Shown here in pieces: positions 11,001-26,000 of a stretch of 64,000 nucleotides of DNA (positions are counted from its first letter, which is position 1; every line of letters starts with the position of its first letter). Under the pieces are notes generated by a model that saw only the letters and a list, made by a program, of their open reading frames with translations, was not told where the DNA came from and searched no databases. The translations under genes and the position numbers were made by a program. The stretch covers positions 1-64,000 of the forward strand of contig NIVC01001489.1 of NCBI GenBank assembly GCA_002269645.1. Reading direction: 5' to 3'. Source of the stretch: Macrostomum lignano. Its lineage: Eukaryota.

Positions 11001-14000
11001 AACCCGAACTATCACAAACCCGAACTATCACAAACCCGAACTATCACAAACCCGAAATATCACAAACCCGAAATATCACAAACCCGAAATATCACAAACC
11101 CGAAATATTGTATCACAAACCCGAACTATCACAAACCCGAACTATCACAAACCCGAACTATCACAAACCCGAACTATCACAAACCCGAAATATCACAAAC
11201 CCGAAATATCACAAACCCGAAATATCACAAACCCGAAATATTGTATCACAAACCCGAACTATCACAAACCCGAACTATCACAAACCCGAACTATCACAAA
11301 CCCGAACTATCACAAACCCGAACTATCACAAACCCGAAATATCACAAACCCGAAATATCACAAACCCGAAATATCACAAACCCGAAATATCACAAACCCG
11401 AAATATCACAAACCCGAAATATTGTATCACAACCCGAAATATTGTATCACAAACCCGAACTATCACAAACCCGAACTATCACAAACCCGAACTATCACAA
11501 ACCCGAACTATCACAAACCCGAACTATCATAAACCCGAATTATCACAAACCCGAAATATCACAAACCCGAAATATTGTATCACAAACCCGAAATATCACA
11601 AACCCGAAATATCACAAACCCGAAATATCACAAACCCAAAATATTGTATCACAAACCCGAAATATTGTATCACAAACCCGAAATATCACAAACCCAAAAT
11701 ATCACAAACCCGAAATATCACAAACCCGAAATGTTGGATCACAAACCCGAAATATCACAAACCCGAAATATTGTATCACAACCCGAAATATTGTATCACA
11801 AACCCGAAATATCACAAACCTGAAATATCACAAACCCGAACTATCATAAACCCGAATTATCACAAACCCGAAATATCACAAACCCGAAATATCACAAACC
11901 CGAAATATCACAAACCCGAAATATCACAAACCCGAAATATTGTATCACAAACCCGAACTATCACAAACCCGAACTATCACAAACCCGAAATATCACAAAC
12001 CCGAAATATCACAAACCCGAAATATTGTATCACAAACCCGAACTATCACAAACCCGAAATATCACAAACCCGAAATATCACAAACCCGAAATATCACAAA
12101 CCCGAAATATTGTATCACAACCCGAAATATTGTATCACAAACCCGAACTATCACAAACCCGAACTATCACAAACCCGAACTATCACAAACCCGAACTATC
12201 ATAAACCCGAACTATCACAAACCCGAAATATCACAAACCCGAAATATCACAAACCCGAAATATTGTATCACAAACCCGAAATATCACAAACCCGAAATAT
12301 CACAAACCCGAAATATCACAAACCCGAAATATCACAAACCCGAAATATCACAAACCCAAAATATTGTATCACAAACCCGAAATATTGTATCACAAACCCG
12401 AAATATCACAAACCCAAAATATCACAAACCCGAAATATCACAAACCCGAAATATTGTATCACAAACCGAAATATTGTATCACAAACCCGAACTATCACAA
12501 ACCCGAACTATCACAAACCCGAACTATCACAAACCCGAACTATCACAAACCCGAAATATCACAAACCCGAAATATCACAAACCCGAAATATCACAAACCC
12601 GAAATATTGTATCACAACCCGAAATATTGTATCACAAACCCGAACTATCACAAACCCGAACTATCACAAACCCGAACTATCACAAACCCGAACTATCATA
12701 AACCCGAACTATCACAAACCCGAAATATCACAAACCCGAAATATCACAAACCCGAAATATTGTATCACAAACCCGAAATATCACAAACCCGAAATATCAC
12801 AAACCCGAAATATCACAAACCCGAAATATCACAAACCCGAAATATTGTATCACAAACCCGAACTATCACAAACCCGAACTATCACAAACCCGAAATATCA
12901 CAAACCCGAAATATCACAAACCCGTAATATTGTATCACAACCCGAAATATTGTATCACAAACCCGAACTATCACAAACCCGAACTATCACAAACCCGAAC
13001 TATCACAAACCCGAAATATCACAAACCCGAAATATCACAAACCCGAAATATCACAAACCCGAAATATTGTATCACAACCCGAAATATTGTATCACAAACC
13101 CGAACTATCACAAACCCGAAATATCACAAACCCGAAATATCACAAACCCGTAATATTGTATCACAACCCGAAATATTGTATCACAAACCCGAACTATCAC
13201 AAACCCGAACTATCACAAACCCGAACTATCACAAACCCGAAATATCACAAACCCGAAATATCACAAACCCGAAATATCACAAACCCGAAATATCACAAAC
13301 CCGAAATATTGTATCACAACCCGAAATATTGTATCACAAACCCGAACTATCACAAACCCGAACTATCACAAACCCGAACTATCACAAACCCGAACTATCA
13401 CAAACCCGAACTATCATAAACCCGAGTTATCACAAACCCGAAATATCACAAACCCGAAATATCACAAACCCGAAATATTGTATCACAAACCCGAAATATC
13501 ACAAACCCGAAATATCACAAACCCGAAATATTGTATCACAAACCCGAAATATTGTATCACAAACCCGAACTATCACAAACCCGAACTATCACAAACCCGA
13601 AATATCACAAACCCGAAATATCACAAACCCGAGATATCACAAACCCGAAATATTGTATCACAAACCCGAACTATCACAAACCCGAACTATCACAAACCCG
13701 AACTATCACAAACCCGAAATATCACAAACCCGAAATATCACAAACCCGAAATATCACAAACCCGAAATATTGTATCACAAACCCGAACTATCACAAACCC
13801 GAACTATCACAAACCCGAACTATCACAAACCCGAACTATCATAAACCCGAGTTATCACAAACCCGAAATATCATAAACCCGAAATATCACAAACCCGAAA
13901 TATCACAAACCCGAAATATTGTATCACAAACCCGAAATATCACAAACCCGAAATATCACAAACCCGAAATATTGTATCACAAACCCGAAATATTGTATCA

Positions 14001-17000
14001 CAAACCCGAACTATCACAAACCCGAACTATCACAAACCCGAACTATCACAAACCCGAAATATCACAAACCCGAAATATCACAAACCCGAAATATCACAAA
14101 CCCGAAATATTGTATCACAAACCCGAACTATCACAAACCCGAACTATCACAAACCCGAACTATCACAAACCCGAACTATCATAAACCCGAGTTATCACAA
14201 ACCCGAAATATCATAAACCCGAAATATCACAAACCCGAAATATCACAAACCCGAAATATTGTATCACAAACCCGAAATATCACAAACCCGAAATATCACA
14301 AACCCGAAATATTGTATCACAAACCCGAAATATTGTATCACAAACCCGAAATATCACAAACCCGAAATATCACAAACCCGAAATATTGTATCACAAACCC
14401 GAAATATTGTATCACAAACCCGAACTATCACAAACCCGAACTATCACAAACCCGAAATATCACAAACCCGAAATATCACAAACCCGAGATATCACAAACC
14501 CGAAATATTGTATCACAAACCCGAACTTTCACAAACCCGAACTATCACAAACCCGAACTATCACAAACCCGAAATATCACAAACCCGAAATATCACAAAC
14601 CCGAAATATCACAAACCCGAAATATCACAAACCCGAAATATTGTATCACAAACCCGAACTATCACAAACCCGAACTATCACAAACCCGAACTATCACAAA
14701 CCCGAACTATCACAAACCCGAACTATCACAAACCCGAACTATCACAAACCCGAACTATCACAAACCCGAAATATCACAAACCCGAAATATCACAAACCCG
14801 AAATATTGTATCACAAACCCGAACTATCACAAACCCGAAATATCACAAACCCGAAATATCACAAACCCGAAATATCACAAACCCAAAATATTGTATCACA
14901 AACCCGAAATATTGTATCACAAACCCGAAATATTGTATCACAAACCCGAAATATTGTATCACAAACCCGAAATATCACAAACCCGAAATATTGTATCACA
15001 AACCCGAAATATCACAAACCCAAACTATCACAAACCCGAACTATCACAAACCCGAACTATCATAAACCCGAATTATCACAAACCCGAAATATCACAAACC
15101 CGAAATATCACAAACCCGAAATATCACAAACCCGAAATATTGTATCACAAACCCGAAATATTGTATCACAAACCCGAACTATCACAAACCCGAACTATCA
15201 CAAACCCGAAATATCACAAACCCGAAATATCACAAACCCGTAATATTGTATCACAACCCGAAATATTGTATCACAAACCCGAACTATCACAAACCCGAAC
15301 TATCACAAACCCGAACTATCACAAACCCGAAATATCACAAACCCGAAATATCACAAACCCGAAATATCACAAACCCGAAATATCACAAACCCGAAATATT
15401 GTATCACAACCCGAAATATTGTATCACAAACCCGAACTATCACAAACCCGAACTATCACAAACCCGAACTATCACAAACCCGAACTATCACAAACCCGAA
15501 CTATCATAAACCCGAGTTATCACAAACCCGAAATATCACAAACCCGAAATATCACAAACCCGAAATATTGTATCACAAACCCGAAATATCACAAACCCGA
15601 AATATCACAAACCCGAAATATTGTATCACAAACCCGAAATATTGTATCACAAACCCGAACTATCACAAACCCGAACTATCACAAACCCGAAATATCACAA
15701 ACCCGAAATATCACAAACCCGAGATATCACAAACCCGAAATATTGTATCACAAACCCGAACTATCACAAACCCGAACTATCACAAACCCGAACTATCACA
15801 AACCCGAAATATCACAAACCCGAAATATCACAAACCCGAAATATCACAAACCCGAAATATTGTATCACAAACCCGAACTATCACAAACCCGAACTATCAC
15901 AAACCCGAACTATCACAAACCCGAAATATCACAAACCCGAAATATCACAAACCCGAGATATCACAAACCCGAAATATTGTATCACAAACCCGAACTATCA
16001 CAAACCCGAACTATCACAAACCCGAACTATCACAAACCCGAAATATCACAAACCCGAAATATCACAAACCCGAAATATCACAAACCCGAAATATCACAAA
16101 CCCGAAATATTGTATCACAACCCGAAATATTGTATCACAAACCCGAACTATCACAAACCCGAACTATCACAAACCCGAACTATCACAAACCCGAACTATC
16201 ACAAACCCGAACTATCATAAACCCGAGTTATCACAAACCCGAAATATCACAAACCCGAAATATCACAAACCCGAAATATTGTATCACAAACCCGAAATAT
16301 CACAAACCCGAAATATCACAAACCCGAAATATCACAAACCCGAAATATTGTATCACAAACCCGAAATATTGTATCACAAACCCGAACTATCACAAACCCG
16401 AACTATCACAAACCCGAAATATCACAAACCCGAAATATCACAAACCCGAGATATCACAAACCCGAAATATTGTATCACAAACCCGAACTATCACAAACCC
16501 GAACTATCACAAACCCGAACTATCACAAACCCGAAATATCACAAACCCGAAATATCACAAACCCGAAATATCACAAACCCGAAATATTGTATCACAAACC
16601 CGAAATATTGTATCACAAACCCGAACTATCACAAACCCGAACTATCACAAACCCGAAATATCACAAACCCGAAATATCACAAACCCGAGATATCACAAAC
16701 CCGAAATATTGTATCACAAACCCGAACTATCACAAACCCGAACTATCACAAACCCGAAATATCACAAACCCGAAATATCACAAACCCGAAATATCACAAA
16801 CCCGAAATATCACAAACCCGAAATATTGTATCACAAACCCGAACTATCACAAACCCGAACTATCACAAACCCGAACTATCACAAACCCGAACTATCACAA
16901 ACCCGAACTATCATAAACCCGAGTTATCACAAACCCGAAATATCACAAACCCGAAATATCACAAACCCGAAATATCACAAACCCGAAATATTGTATCACA

Positions 17001-20000
17001 AACCCGAAATATCACAAACCCGAAATATCACAAACCCGAAATATTGTATCACAAACCCGAAATATTGTATCACAAACCCGAACTATCACAAACCCGAACT
17101 ATCACAAACCCGAAATATCACAAACCCGAAATATCACAAACCCGAGATATCACAAACCCGAAATATTGTATCACAAACCCGAACTATCACAAACCCGAAC
17201 TATCACAAACCCGAACTATCACAAACCCGAAATATCACAAACCCGAAATATCACAAACCCGAAATATCACAAACCCGAAATATCACAAACCCGAAATATT
17301 GTATCACAAACCCGAACTATCACAAACCCGAACTATCACAAACCCGAACTATCACAAACCCGAACTATCACAAACCCGAACTATCATAAACCCGAGTTAT
17401 CACAAACCCGAAATATCACAAACCCGAAATATTGTATCACAAACCCGAACTATCACAAACCCGAACTATCACAAACCCGAAATATCACAAACCCGAAATA
17501 TCACAAACCCGAAATATTGTATCACAACCCGAAATATTGTATCACAAACCCGAACTATCACAAACCCGAACTATCACAAACCCGAACTATCACAAACCCG
17601 AACTATCACAAACCCGAACTATCATAAACCCGAGTTATCACAAACCCGAAATATCACAAACCCGAAATATCACAAACCCGAAATATCACAAACCCGAAAT
17701 ATTGTATCACAAACCCGAAATATCACAAACCCGAAATATCACAAACCCGAAATATTGTATCACAAACCCGAAATATTGTATCACAAACCCGAACTATCAC
17801 AAACCCGAACTATCACAAACCCGAAATATCACAAACCCGAAATATCACAAACCCGAGATATCACAAACCCGAAATATTGTATCACAAACCCGAACTATCA
17901 CAAACCCGAACTATCACAAACCCGAACTATCACAAACCCGAACTATCACAAACCCGAAATATCACAAACCCGAACTATCACAAACCCGAACTATCACAAA
18001 CCCGAACTATCACAAACCCGAACTATCATAAACCCGAGTTATCACAAACCCGAAATATCACAAACCCGAAATATCACAAACCCGAAATATCACAAACCCG
18101 AAATATTGTATCACAAACCCGAAATATCACAAACCCGAAATATCACAAACCCGAAATATTGTATCACAAACCCGAAATATTGTATCACAAACCCGAAATA
18201 TCACAAACCCAAAATATCACAAACCCGAAATATCACAAACCCGAAATGTTGTATCACAAACCCGAAATATCACAAATCCGAAATATCACAAACCCGAACT
18301 ATCATAAACCCGAAATATCACAAACCCGAAATATTGTATCACAACCCGAAATATTGTATCACAACCCGAAATATTGTATCACAATCCCGAACTATCACAA
18401 ACCCGAACTATCACAAACCCGAAGTATCATAAACATGAACTATCACAAACCCGAAATATCAAAACCCGAAATATCACAAACCTGAAATATCCCAAACCCG
18501 AAATATCACAAACCCGAAATATTGTATCACAAACCCGAAATATTGTATCACAAACCCGAACTATCACAAACCCGAAATATCACAAACCCGAAATATCACA
18601 AACCCGAAATATTGTATCACAAACCCGAAATATTGTATCACAAACCCGAAATATTGTATCACAAACCCGAAATATCCCAAACCCGAAATATCACAAACCC
18701 GAACTATCACAAACCCGAAATATCACAAACCCGTAATATTGTATCACAACCCGAAATATTGTATCACAAACCCGAATTATCACAAACCCGAACTATCACA
18801 AACCCGAACTATCATAAACCCGAAATATAACAAACCCGAAATATCACAAACCCGAAAAATCACAAATCCGAAAACCAAAATAGTGTTGGACATTGTTAGA
18901 ACTTTTGGAGTTATGATATTTTGGAGTTATGATATTTCGGGTTTGTGATGGAAAGCGCTTTTCGGATTTGTGATTTTTCGGGTTTGTGATGCCCCCCCCA
19001 AGGCACAGAGGGTGTACACAGAAAGTCAGGGCAGCTGTACACCCTGTGTAAGCGTGTGCATGAGTGCTGTGCGTGCGCACAGTATTGTCGCGCTTGCATG
19101 CGCTCAGGAGTCAGCGGAGTGCGTAGAATTGCCGAAAGCGTTGAGCCAGAGTGGCTTTTTGAATTCTTAGAATATCTTTCGAACTCTCCGTCTGCCCCAG
19201 ATCGGCGGCGGCATCTCGGAGTCCGAGCTGATGGCGTTCCTGGCCGATGTCCAGTCTTCATGCTCCAATGTCCAGCTGTGGTGGGCCAGGCTCCGGCGGG
19301 ACGCACGCGGCTACCTTGTCACTCTGGGAGAGGACGCCGGGGTGCCGCTGATCGCTTGGTGTCACCCAGCACTGACGGCGGTCGCCGCGGATCGCTACCT
19401 TTGCAGTCAGGAGACTGACAGACTGATCGATCGGCTCTGTGAAGCTGTGAGCTCCTGCTCCCCTAGCAACCGTTACTATCGACTCATTCCTATGCTGCTT
19501 AGCGAGAGACTGCGGTCGTGGCTTTGGTCTGCCGAGGAACCGATGAAATGCGGCTCGGGGTACGGCAGGTGTCTACTGGGATACAGTGTGTCTGTGTCTT
19601 ATGAGCTAGGACACAAAGTGTGTCTGTGTCTTATGAGCTAGGACACAAAGTGTGTCTGTGTCTTATGAGCTAGGACACAAAGTGTGTCTGTGCCTTATGA
19701 GCTAGGACACAAAATGTGTCTGTGCCTTATGAGCTAGGACACAAAGTGTGTCTGTGCCTTATGAGCTTGGACACAAAGTGTTTCTGTGCCTTATGAGCAA
19801 GTACACAACGTGTGTCTGTGCCTTATGAGCTAGGACACAAAGTGTGTCTGTGCCTTATGAGCTTGGACACAAAGTGTTTCTGTGCCTTATGAGCAAGTAC
19901 ACAACGTGTGTCTGTGCCTTATGAGCTAGGACACAAAGTGTGTCTGTGCCTTATGAGCTAGGACACAAAGTGTGTCTGTGCCTTATGAGCAAGGACACAA

Positions 20001-23000
20001 CGTGTGTCTGTGCCTTATGAGCTAGGACACAAAGTGTGTCTGTGCCTTATGAGCTAGGACACAAAGTGTGTCTGTGCCTTATGAGCTAGGACACAAAGTG
20101 TGTCTGTGTCTTATGAGCTAGGACACAAAGTGTGTCTGTCTGTGTTTATCTGATCATTTAACTTCAGCAATGAATATCAAATTTTATGGAGCATTAACAC
20201 AGCTGATTAAATTGTCGAAATAAACCCCACAGTTGTGTGTCCGCACGGATCAGCTCTGCCAAGTCAAACCTGGCCGACAAGGCAGCAAATCTGCACCAGT
20301 CGGAGCTGCTTCTGCAGGCTTACAAATCCAAAGTGTGCTTTAATCTGGACTGGCTGGTCTCTAAGCAGAGAGCGCTTGGCCTGCGCGCTCTCCTAGAAGA
20401 CTGCCGGATCGCGGCTCGTAGGGACTTCGAATCTGAACGGCTGTTTGAAGTCTTGGCTTCGATTCTGGCAGCTGCGACTCCTGGCGATGCTCAGCGGCTG
20501 TCTCTGCCGGCGGAGCTTCTGGCTCGCTGTGACGCTGTGGCGGTGGAAGGTCTTTGGACAATGCGATTGGTTCAAGATGCTCGCATGGCTGCCGCATCTG
20601 AAGGCCACTTCGTTGAAGGTGATGAGGCGGCGATGGTGCCTCTGAATGCGTGCGTGCCGGTGACCTCGGTACAGGATGGTCTGCAGCTGATGAGGTTGGT
20701 TCGCGCTAGTGTTTTATTCATTAGTTGCTACACCTAGGTTTCCATAGCAACAAAATTGCTATGGAAATTGCTATGCCATTGCAATCTAATCTGGAAGCAA
20801 TATTTTTACATAGCAACCCTTAGCTACCATCGCAAACCTTAGCTGCCATGGCAACCCTTAGCTACCATAGAAACCCTTAGCTACCATAGCAACCCTTAGC
20901 TACCGTAGCAGCCCTTAGCTACCGTAGCAACCCTTAGCTACCGTAGCAACCCTTAGCTACCGTAGCAACCCTTAGCTACCATGGCAACCCTTAGCGACCT
21001 TAGCAACCCTTAGCTACCATAGCAAACCTTAGCTACCGTAGCAACCCTAAGTTGCCACAGCAACCCTCAGCTACCATAGCAACCCTTAGCTACCATAGCA
21101 AACCTTAGCTACCGTAGCAACCCTTAGCTACCATAGCAAACCTTAGCTACCGTAGCAACCCTTAGCTACCATAGCAAACCTTAGCTACCGTAGCAACCCT
21201 TACCTACCATATGAAACCTTAACTACCGTAGCAACCCTTAGCTACCATATGAAACCTTAACTACCGTAGCAACCCTTAGCTATCATAGCAACCCATATTT
21301 ACTGTGGAAATTTTAGATACCATAGTAACCATAGCCTTCATGACAACTATTGGCTACCATGACAAAACTTTAGCTTCCATTGTCATTTTATCGCTGCAAG
21401 GCACACTCGCTAACCCGCAGTGCACTCGATGGCTACCGCGTCGTCAGCCGCGTCATCTGCGCAAGCTCCGACGGTCGCTCAGTAGTGGTGCTCACCTCGA
21501 CCCCGTCGGCAAGCAGCTTCACCGCCACCGACGCCCTAGAGATCTGGGAGCCAGACGTTGATCGGTTGCTAGGCCGCTTGACAACGCGTGCTGAAACATT
21601 ATCCACCGAGATGGACAATGGCGGCTTCTTTGTTTGTCCCAACTCTGATTCAATTGTGACACTTAGTGGAGACTGCGGCCTGCTCACAGTCTGGGATGTC
21701 AAGTCTGCAAGGCCGCTGCTGAGACGGCTTCTCGAAGTCGACAATAGACGAGAAATCGATGAAATCGACGATAAACAGAAGACGGACGAAATCGACGAAG
21801 ACTTGGAAACCGATCGAGCTGACAGCTGTAGGAAATTTCCTTCCGAAGAAAGTCTGCCAGCAAAGCAGCAGTTTGGCTTGATTGCAAGCGACTTTGCTGG
21901 TCGTTTGAGCATTCTGCTCCGTTTGCCAGTGGAAGACGAGCTGCTTGTTGTCGATGCTGAGTCAGCAAATCCGATTCAGAGCTGCGCGTTGAGAAACCGA
22001 GACTTCCCAGTTCCGGCTGGCGCCTGCTTTGTGGACTCGCGGACTTGCCTGATCGCTTGGACCGCAGCCTCGGACTCCGCCAGTCTCTGCTTGGAATTGG
22101 CATCGCTGACTTCCTCTGCTAGCGAGTTGGAGGCCTTTGCAGTTGATCGAATCTTTCTGGAACAGCCTGATAGCGATTGTTTTCAAGGCTTGCTCAAACT
22201 GGTTCCCATGACAACCGGACAAGGCAATGACGCAATTGTCAAATCCGCGATAGTTTGTCCGGATTGTCGGCCAGCGTTTTACCTGATCGATCGAATTCGA
22301 CCGTTGCGTTTCGCCGGCAACGGCCGCTTGTTTGACTGGACCGACGCAAGCAGTGCCACCGTTGCCATGGAGACGCTGGTCACCGAAAATCGGATCTACT
22401 TTGTTTGCGAGAAATCGATTCGATTCGAGTCGATTGGCAAACTGACAGGTGGTCGGCGAGCCAGGGCGGAGAGGATTGATTTCGGCAGTGCAGAGCCTGC
22501 CAGGTGCGGTCAGGTAGACCGTCAGGATCGAATTCTGTTTGTCGGATTTCTAAGCGAAGTTCAGGCTTGGTCGGTTGATCGACGCACTCTGCTGCGGACG
22601 TTTCCTACGGTTGGAGAAGTGCTCAGCCTTGCGCTGCCTTTGACAAGTTTGGCTGTCTTGTTCGGCGTTGTCAGCCGCGACTGCGGGCGCGTGCTGACCT
22701 CCTGGGGCGTCGGCGGCCTGATCGGAGACTTGGGCGATGAAAATCCATCGAATTGGTGGAGTGCGGACCCGGCAGTTGCAGCGCATCCGCTGGATGCTGG
22801 CGTTCAAGGAGGACAATCGAGCGAGTCTGTTGTTGTGGTCATTCATCAGCCTGCTGGTGTGGCTGCCTATTGGCAGGTGGGCATTGTTTGCCATGCTTGT
22901 TGGGCTCATGCCCCATAGCTCAGATTATAAACCTCAGATCCGATAGCTCAAATCTCATAGCTTAGATCCCATATAAAATCCCATAGCTCAGATCCCATAG

Positions 23001-26000
23001 CAGAGATCCCATAGCTCAAATCCCATAGCTCAAATCCCATAACTGATATCCCATAGCTCAGATCCCATAGCTCAGATCTCATAGCTCAAATCCCGTAGCT
23101 GATCCCATAGCCCATAGCTCAGATCCCATAGCTCAATATAGCTGTAGCTGATATCCCATAGCTCAGATCCCATAGCTCAGATCCCATAGCACAGATCCCA
23201 TAGCTCAAATTCCATAGCACAGATCCCAAATCAGATCACATAGCTTAAGTTAAGTTTATTTCGTGAACAATGTTTTAAAATAATACCAGCTAACTATTAC
23301 TAGAAATATTCAGTCAAAAGTGACTACTAGTCAGTAGTCAGTCCTAGCCTGTCGCGAGGTGAAATCTCACTTTAATATTGCTATATAAATCGAACTCGCA
23401 GGTGTCCAGAGAGGCGGCCAGCATGAGCTCAGCCACGGACATGCTCGCCGAACAGAACGGAGCTTCGCCGTCTTCAAGAGCGCCTGTAGGCAACCGGAGT
23501 CATCTCAGGTTAATTGGCGTAGCTATTCTCGTGTCTGAACAGCAACCGCTTGCCGCTCTGCTTGTCAAGGAGGCCGTGGAAGACGACTGTGACAGCGCCA
23601 AGGCTGCTGTAGTTGTGTTTCACCTGCTGGAACGGCGTCGAATGACTTCGAAGCGACGCTTGTCAGCCGGGCTGCGTTGGATTCGAGCGACCGGGAGCCA
23701 TTTGGCGTTGATTGAGGCAGCTGGTGGCGCCAGGCGTTGCCACCTGTACGAGCTGGGGGCTGGCGATGGTGGCCAGGCGTTGCAGCTGGTTCAGACTGTG
23801 GACTTCCCTGGCGCTGGATTGGGGGCTGCTAAACAGGGTGAGTCCGTGTCTTGGAGCTTGATCTCTGGATCAGTACAATTTCTGAGACAGTGCAGAAAAT
23901 ACTTGCTCAGGAAACTATTTCTACCGTTATTCTGAATAGGCTTTGTCAAAATATCCAATGCAATTAGCGATAAAATCCTGTCGGTTCCATTCCACTCCAT
24001 TCCAATTTATTCCATTCCATTTCAATCCAATCCATTCCATTCCAATCAATTCAATTGCAATCCATTCCATTCCGATCTATTCCATTCCATTCCAATCCAT
24101 TCCATTTCAATAAATTCAATTGCAATCCATTCCATTCCAATCCATTCCATTCCGATCCATTCCAATCCACTCCAATCCATTCCATTCCGATCCATTCCAA
24201 TCCATTCCATTCCAATCAATTCAATTGCAATCCATTCCATTTCAATCCATTCCATTCCGATCCATTCCAATCAATTCCATTTCAATCCATTCCATTCCAA
24301 TCCATTCCATTCCAATCAATTCAATTGCAATCCATTCCATTTCAATCCATTCCATTCCGATCCATTCCAATCCATTCCATTCCAATCAATTCAATTGCAA
24401 TCCATTCCATTCCAATCAACTCAATTGCAATCCATTCCAATCCATTCCATTCCGATCCATTCCAATCCATTCCAATCCATTCCATTCCGATCCATTCCAA
24501 TCCATTCCATTCCAATCAATTCAATTGCAATCCATTCCATTTCAATCCATTCCATTCCAATCCATTCCGATCCATTCCATTCCAATCAATTCAATTGCAA
24601 TCCATTCCATTCCATTCCAATCCATTCCAATCCATTCCATTCCAATCAATTCAATTGCAATCCATTCCATTCCATTCCGATCCATTCCAATCCATTCCAT
24701 TCCAATAAATTCAATTGCAATCAACTCCATTCCATTCCAATCCATTGCATTCCAATCAATTAAATTGCAATCCATTCCAACCCACTCCAATCCAACCCAA
24801 CCTATTCCAATCCGATTCAATCCAATCCAATCCATCCAAAATATTCCAATCCAATCCAATTGAATTCCGCTCTAATCCAAATATTCCAATCTAATAATTT
24901 CCACTCCAGTGTAACTAAACTATTCATATTCTATTGAATCCAGTCACTCATCTTGTTAAGATTTCGAGCATAAAAGAACCCTTGAAGCATTTCTACCATA
25001 GGGAGTTTTTTATTGTTTTATCCCTACAATTTATCCAGTCACCGCACCTGAGTTGGTTCTCTCACCGGACTCTCGGCATGCGATATCGCTGAACAGCCTG
25101 CACAGCTTCTCCGTGTGGTCCCTTGTCGACGCTCGAGGCGACCGAGCCGCCAAAGGCTCGGCGGTGCCTTTGAAGTCCGGCATCGCGTCTGCTGGAGGAA
25201 TTTCTAGCGAAGATTGCGTGCAGTTTTTCGCCGACAGCGAAGCCGCTGCAGTTATTGGGCTGCGGAGCGGTGACCTGCTGGCTTTTCAGGCAAGGCTTTG
25301 GTTAAAAGGGTTGTCGTGCGATTCACACCCGTGAGGGCCTGGTTAGAGTTAAGGTTGTTAAAATAAAATAATACCCTTAAAAGGGCCGTTTTTTGTTTTT
25401 GGTGGAACTCGCTCATACTTAATCCGCCAACTTAATGACTGCATTTCTACAGCCACTGGATGCCTACAGAGTGGCAGCCGTGCTGCCCACGGCTCTAAAA
25501 GCTTCTTCTGTTGCGGCGACAACTTCGAAAACTAGAACTATCAATCGCAGAAAATTTCTGACAGTTGCACTCGGCGCTCATTCGTCAGCGGCTGGAGGCG
25601 TGGCCAGTGTGCGATGCCTACGCGATTGCCTGGTTGCCACCTGCGGCGCTGACGGTCGCGCCGGGTTTTGGCGTTGGCTGCCCGAGGATGCGCAGTTTGA
25701 CTGCTTGATGCGGCTGGAGGCTGGAGAGAGTCCGGTGCGTTTCTATGGCTTTTTAGGCCTTTGATGGGTTGTACTTTTAAGGATAAGAGGTTTTTATGCA
25801 CTTTATAGAGTAAGAATTTTATTGTGTACTTTTAACGATAGAGATTTTGACTGATGTACTTTTAGGGATAGAGATGTACTGATGTACTTTTAGCCATTAG
25901 ATATGTTGATTGATGTACTTTTAACCATTAGAATATGTTGATTTGTGTACTTTTCAAGATTAGAGATGATAAATTGGTGTACTTTAAGGGATTACAGACG

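Noticed and set aside
10955-18830. Very long ORFs (up to 1156 aa) of HKPEISQTRNITNP repeats
   Set aside because: These are a stop-poor 16-bp satellite read in all three forward frames, lying inside an intron whose flanking exons join in phase.
23975-24900. Human satellite contamination
   Set aside because: The array grades into unique intron sequence on both sides, between phase-consistent exons.
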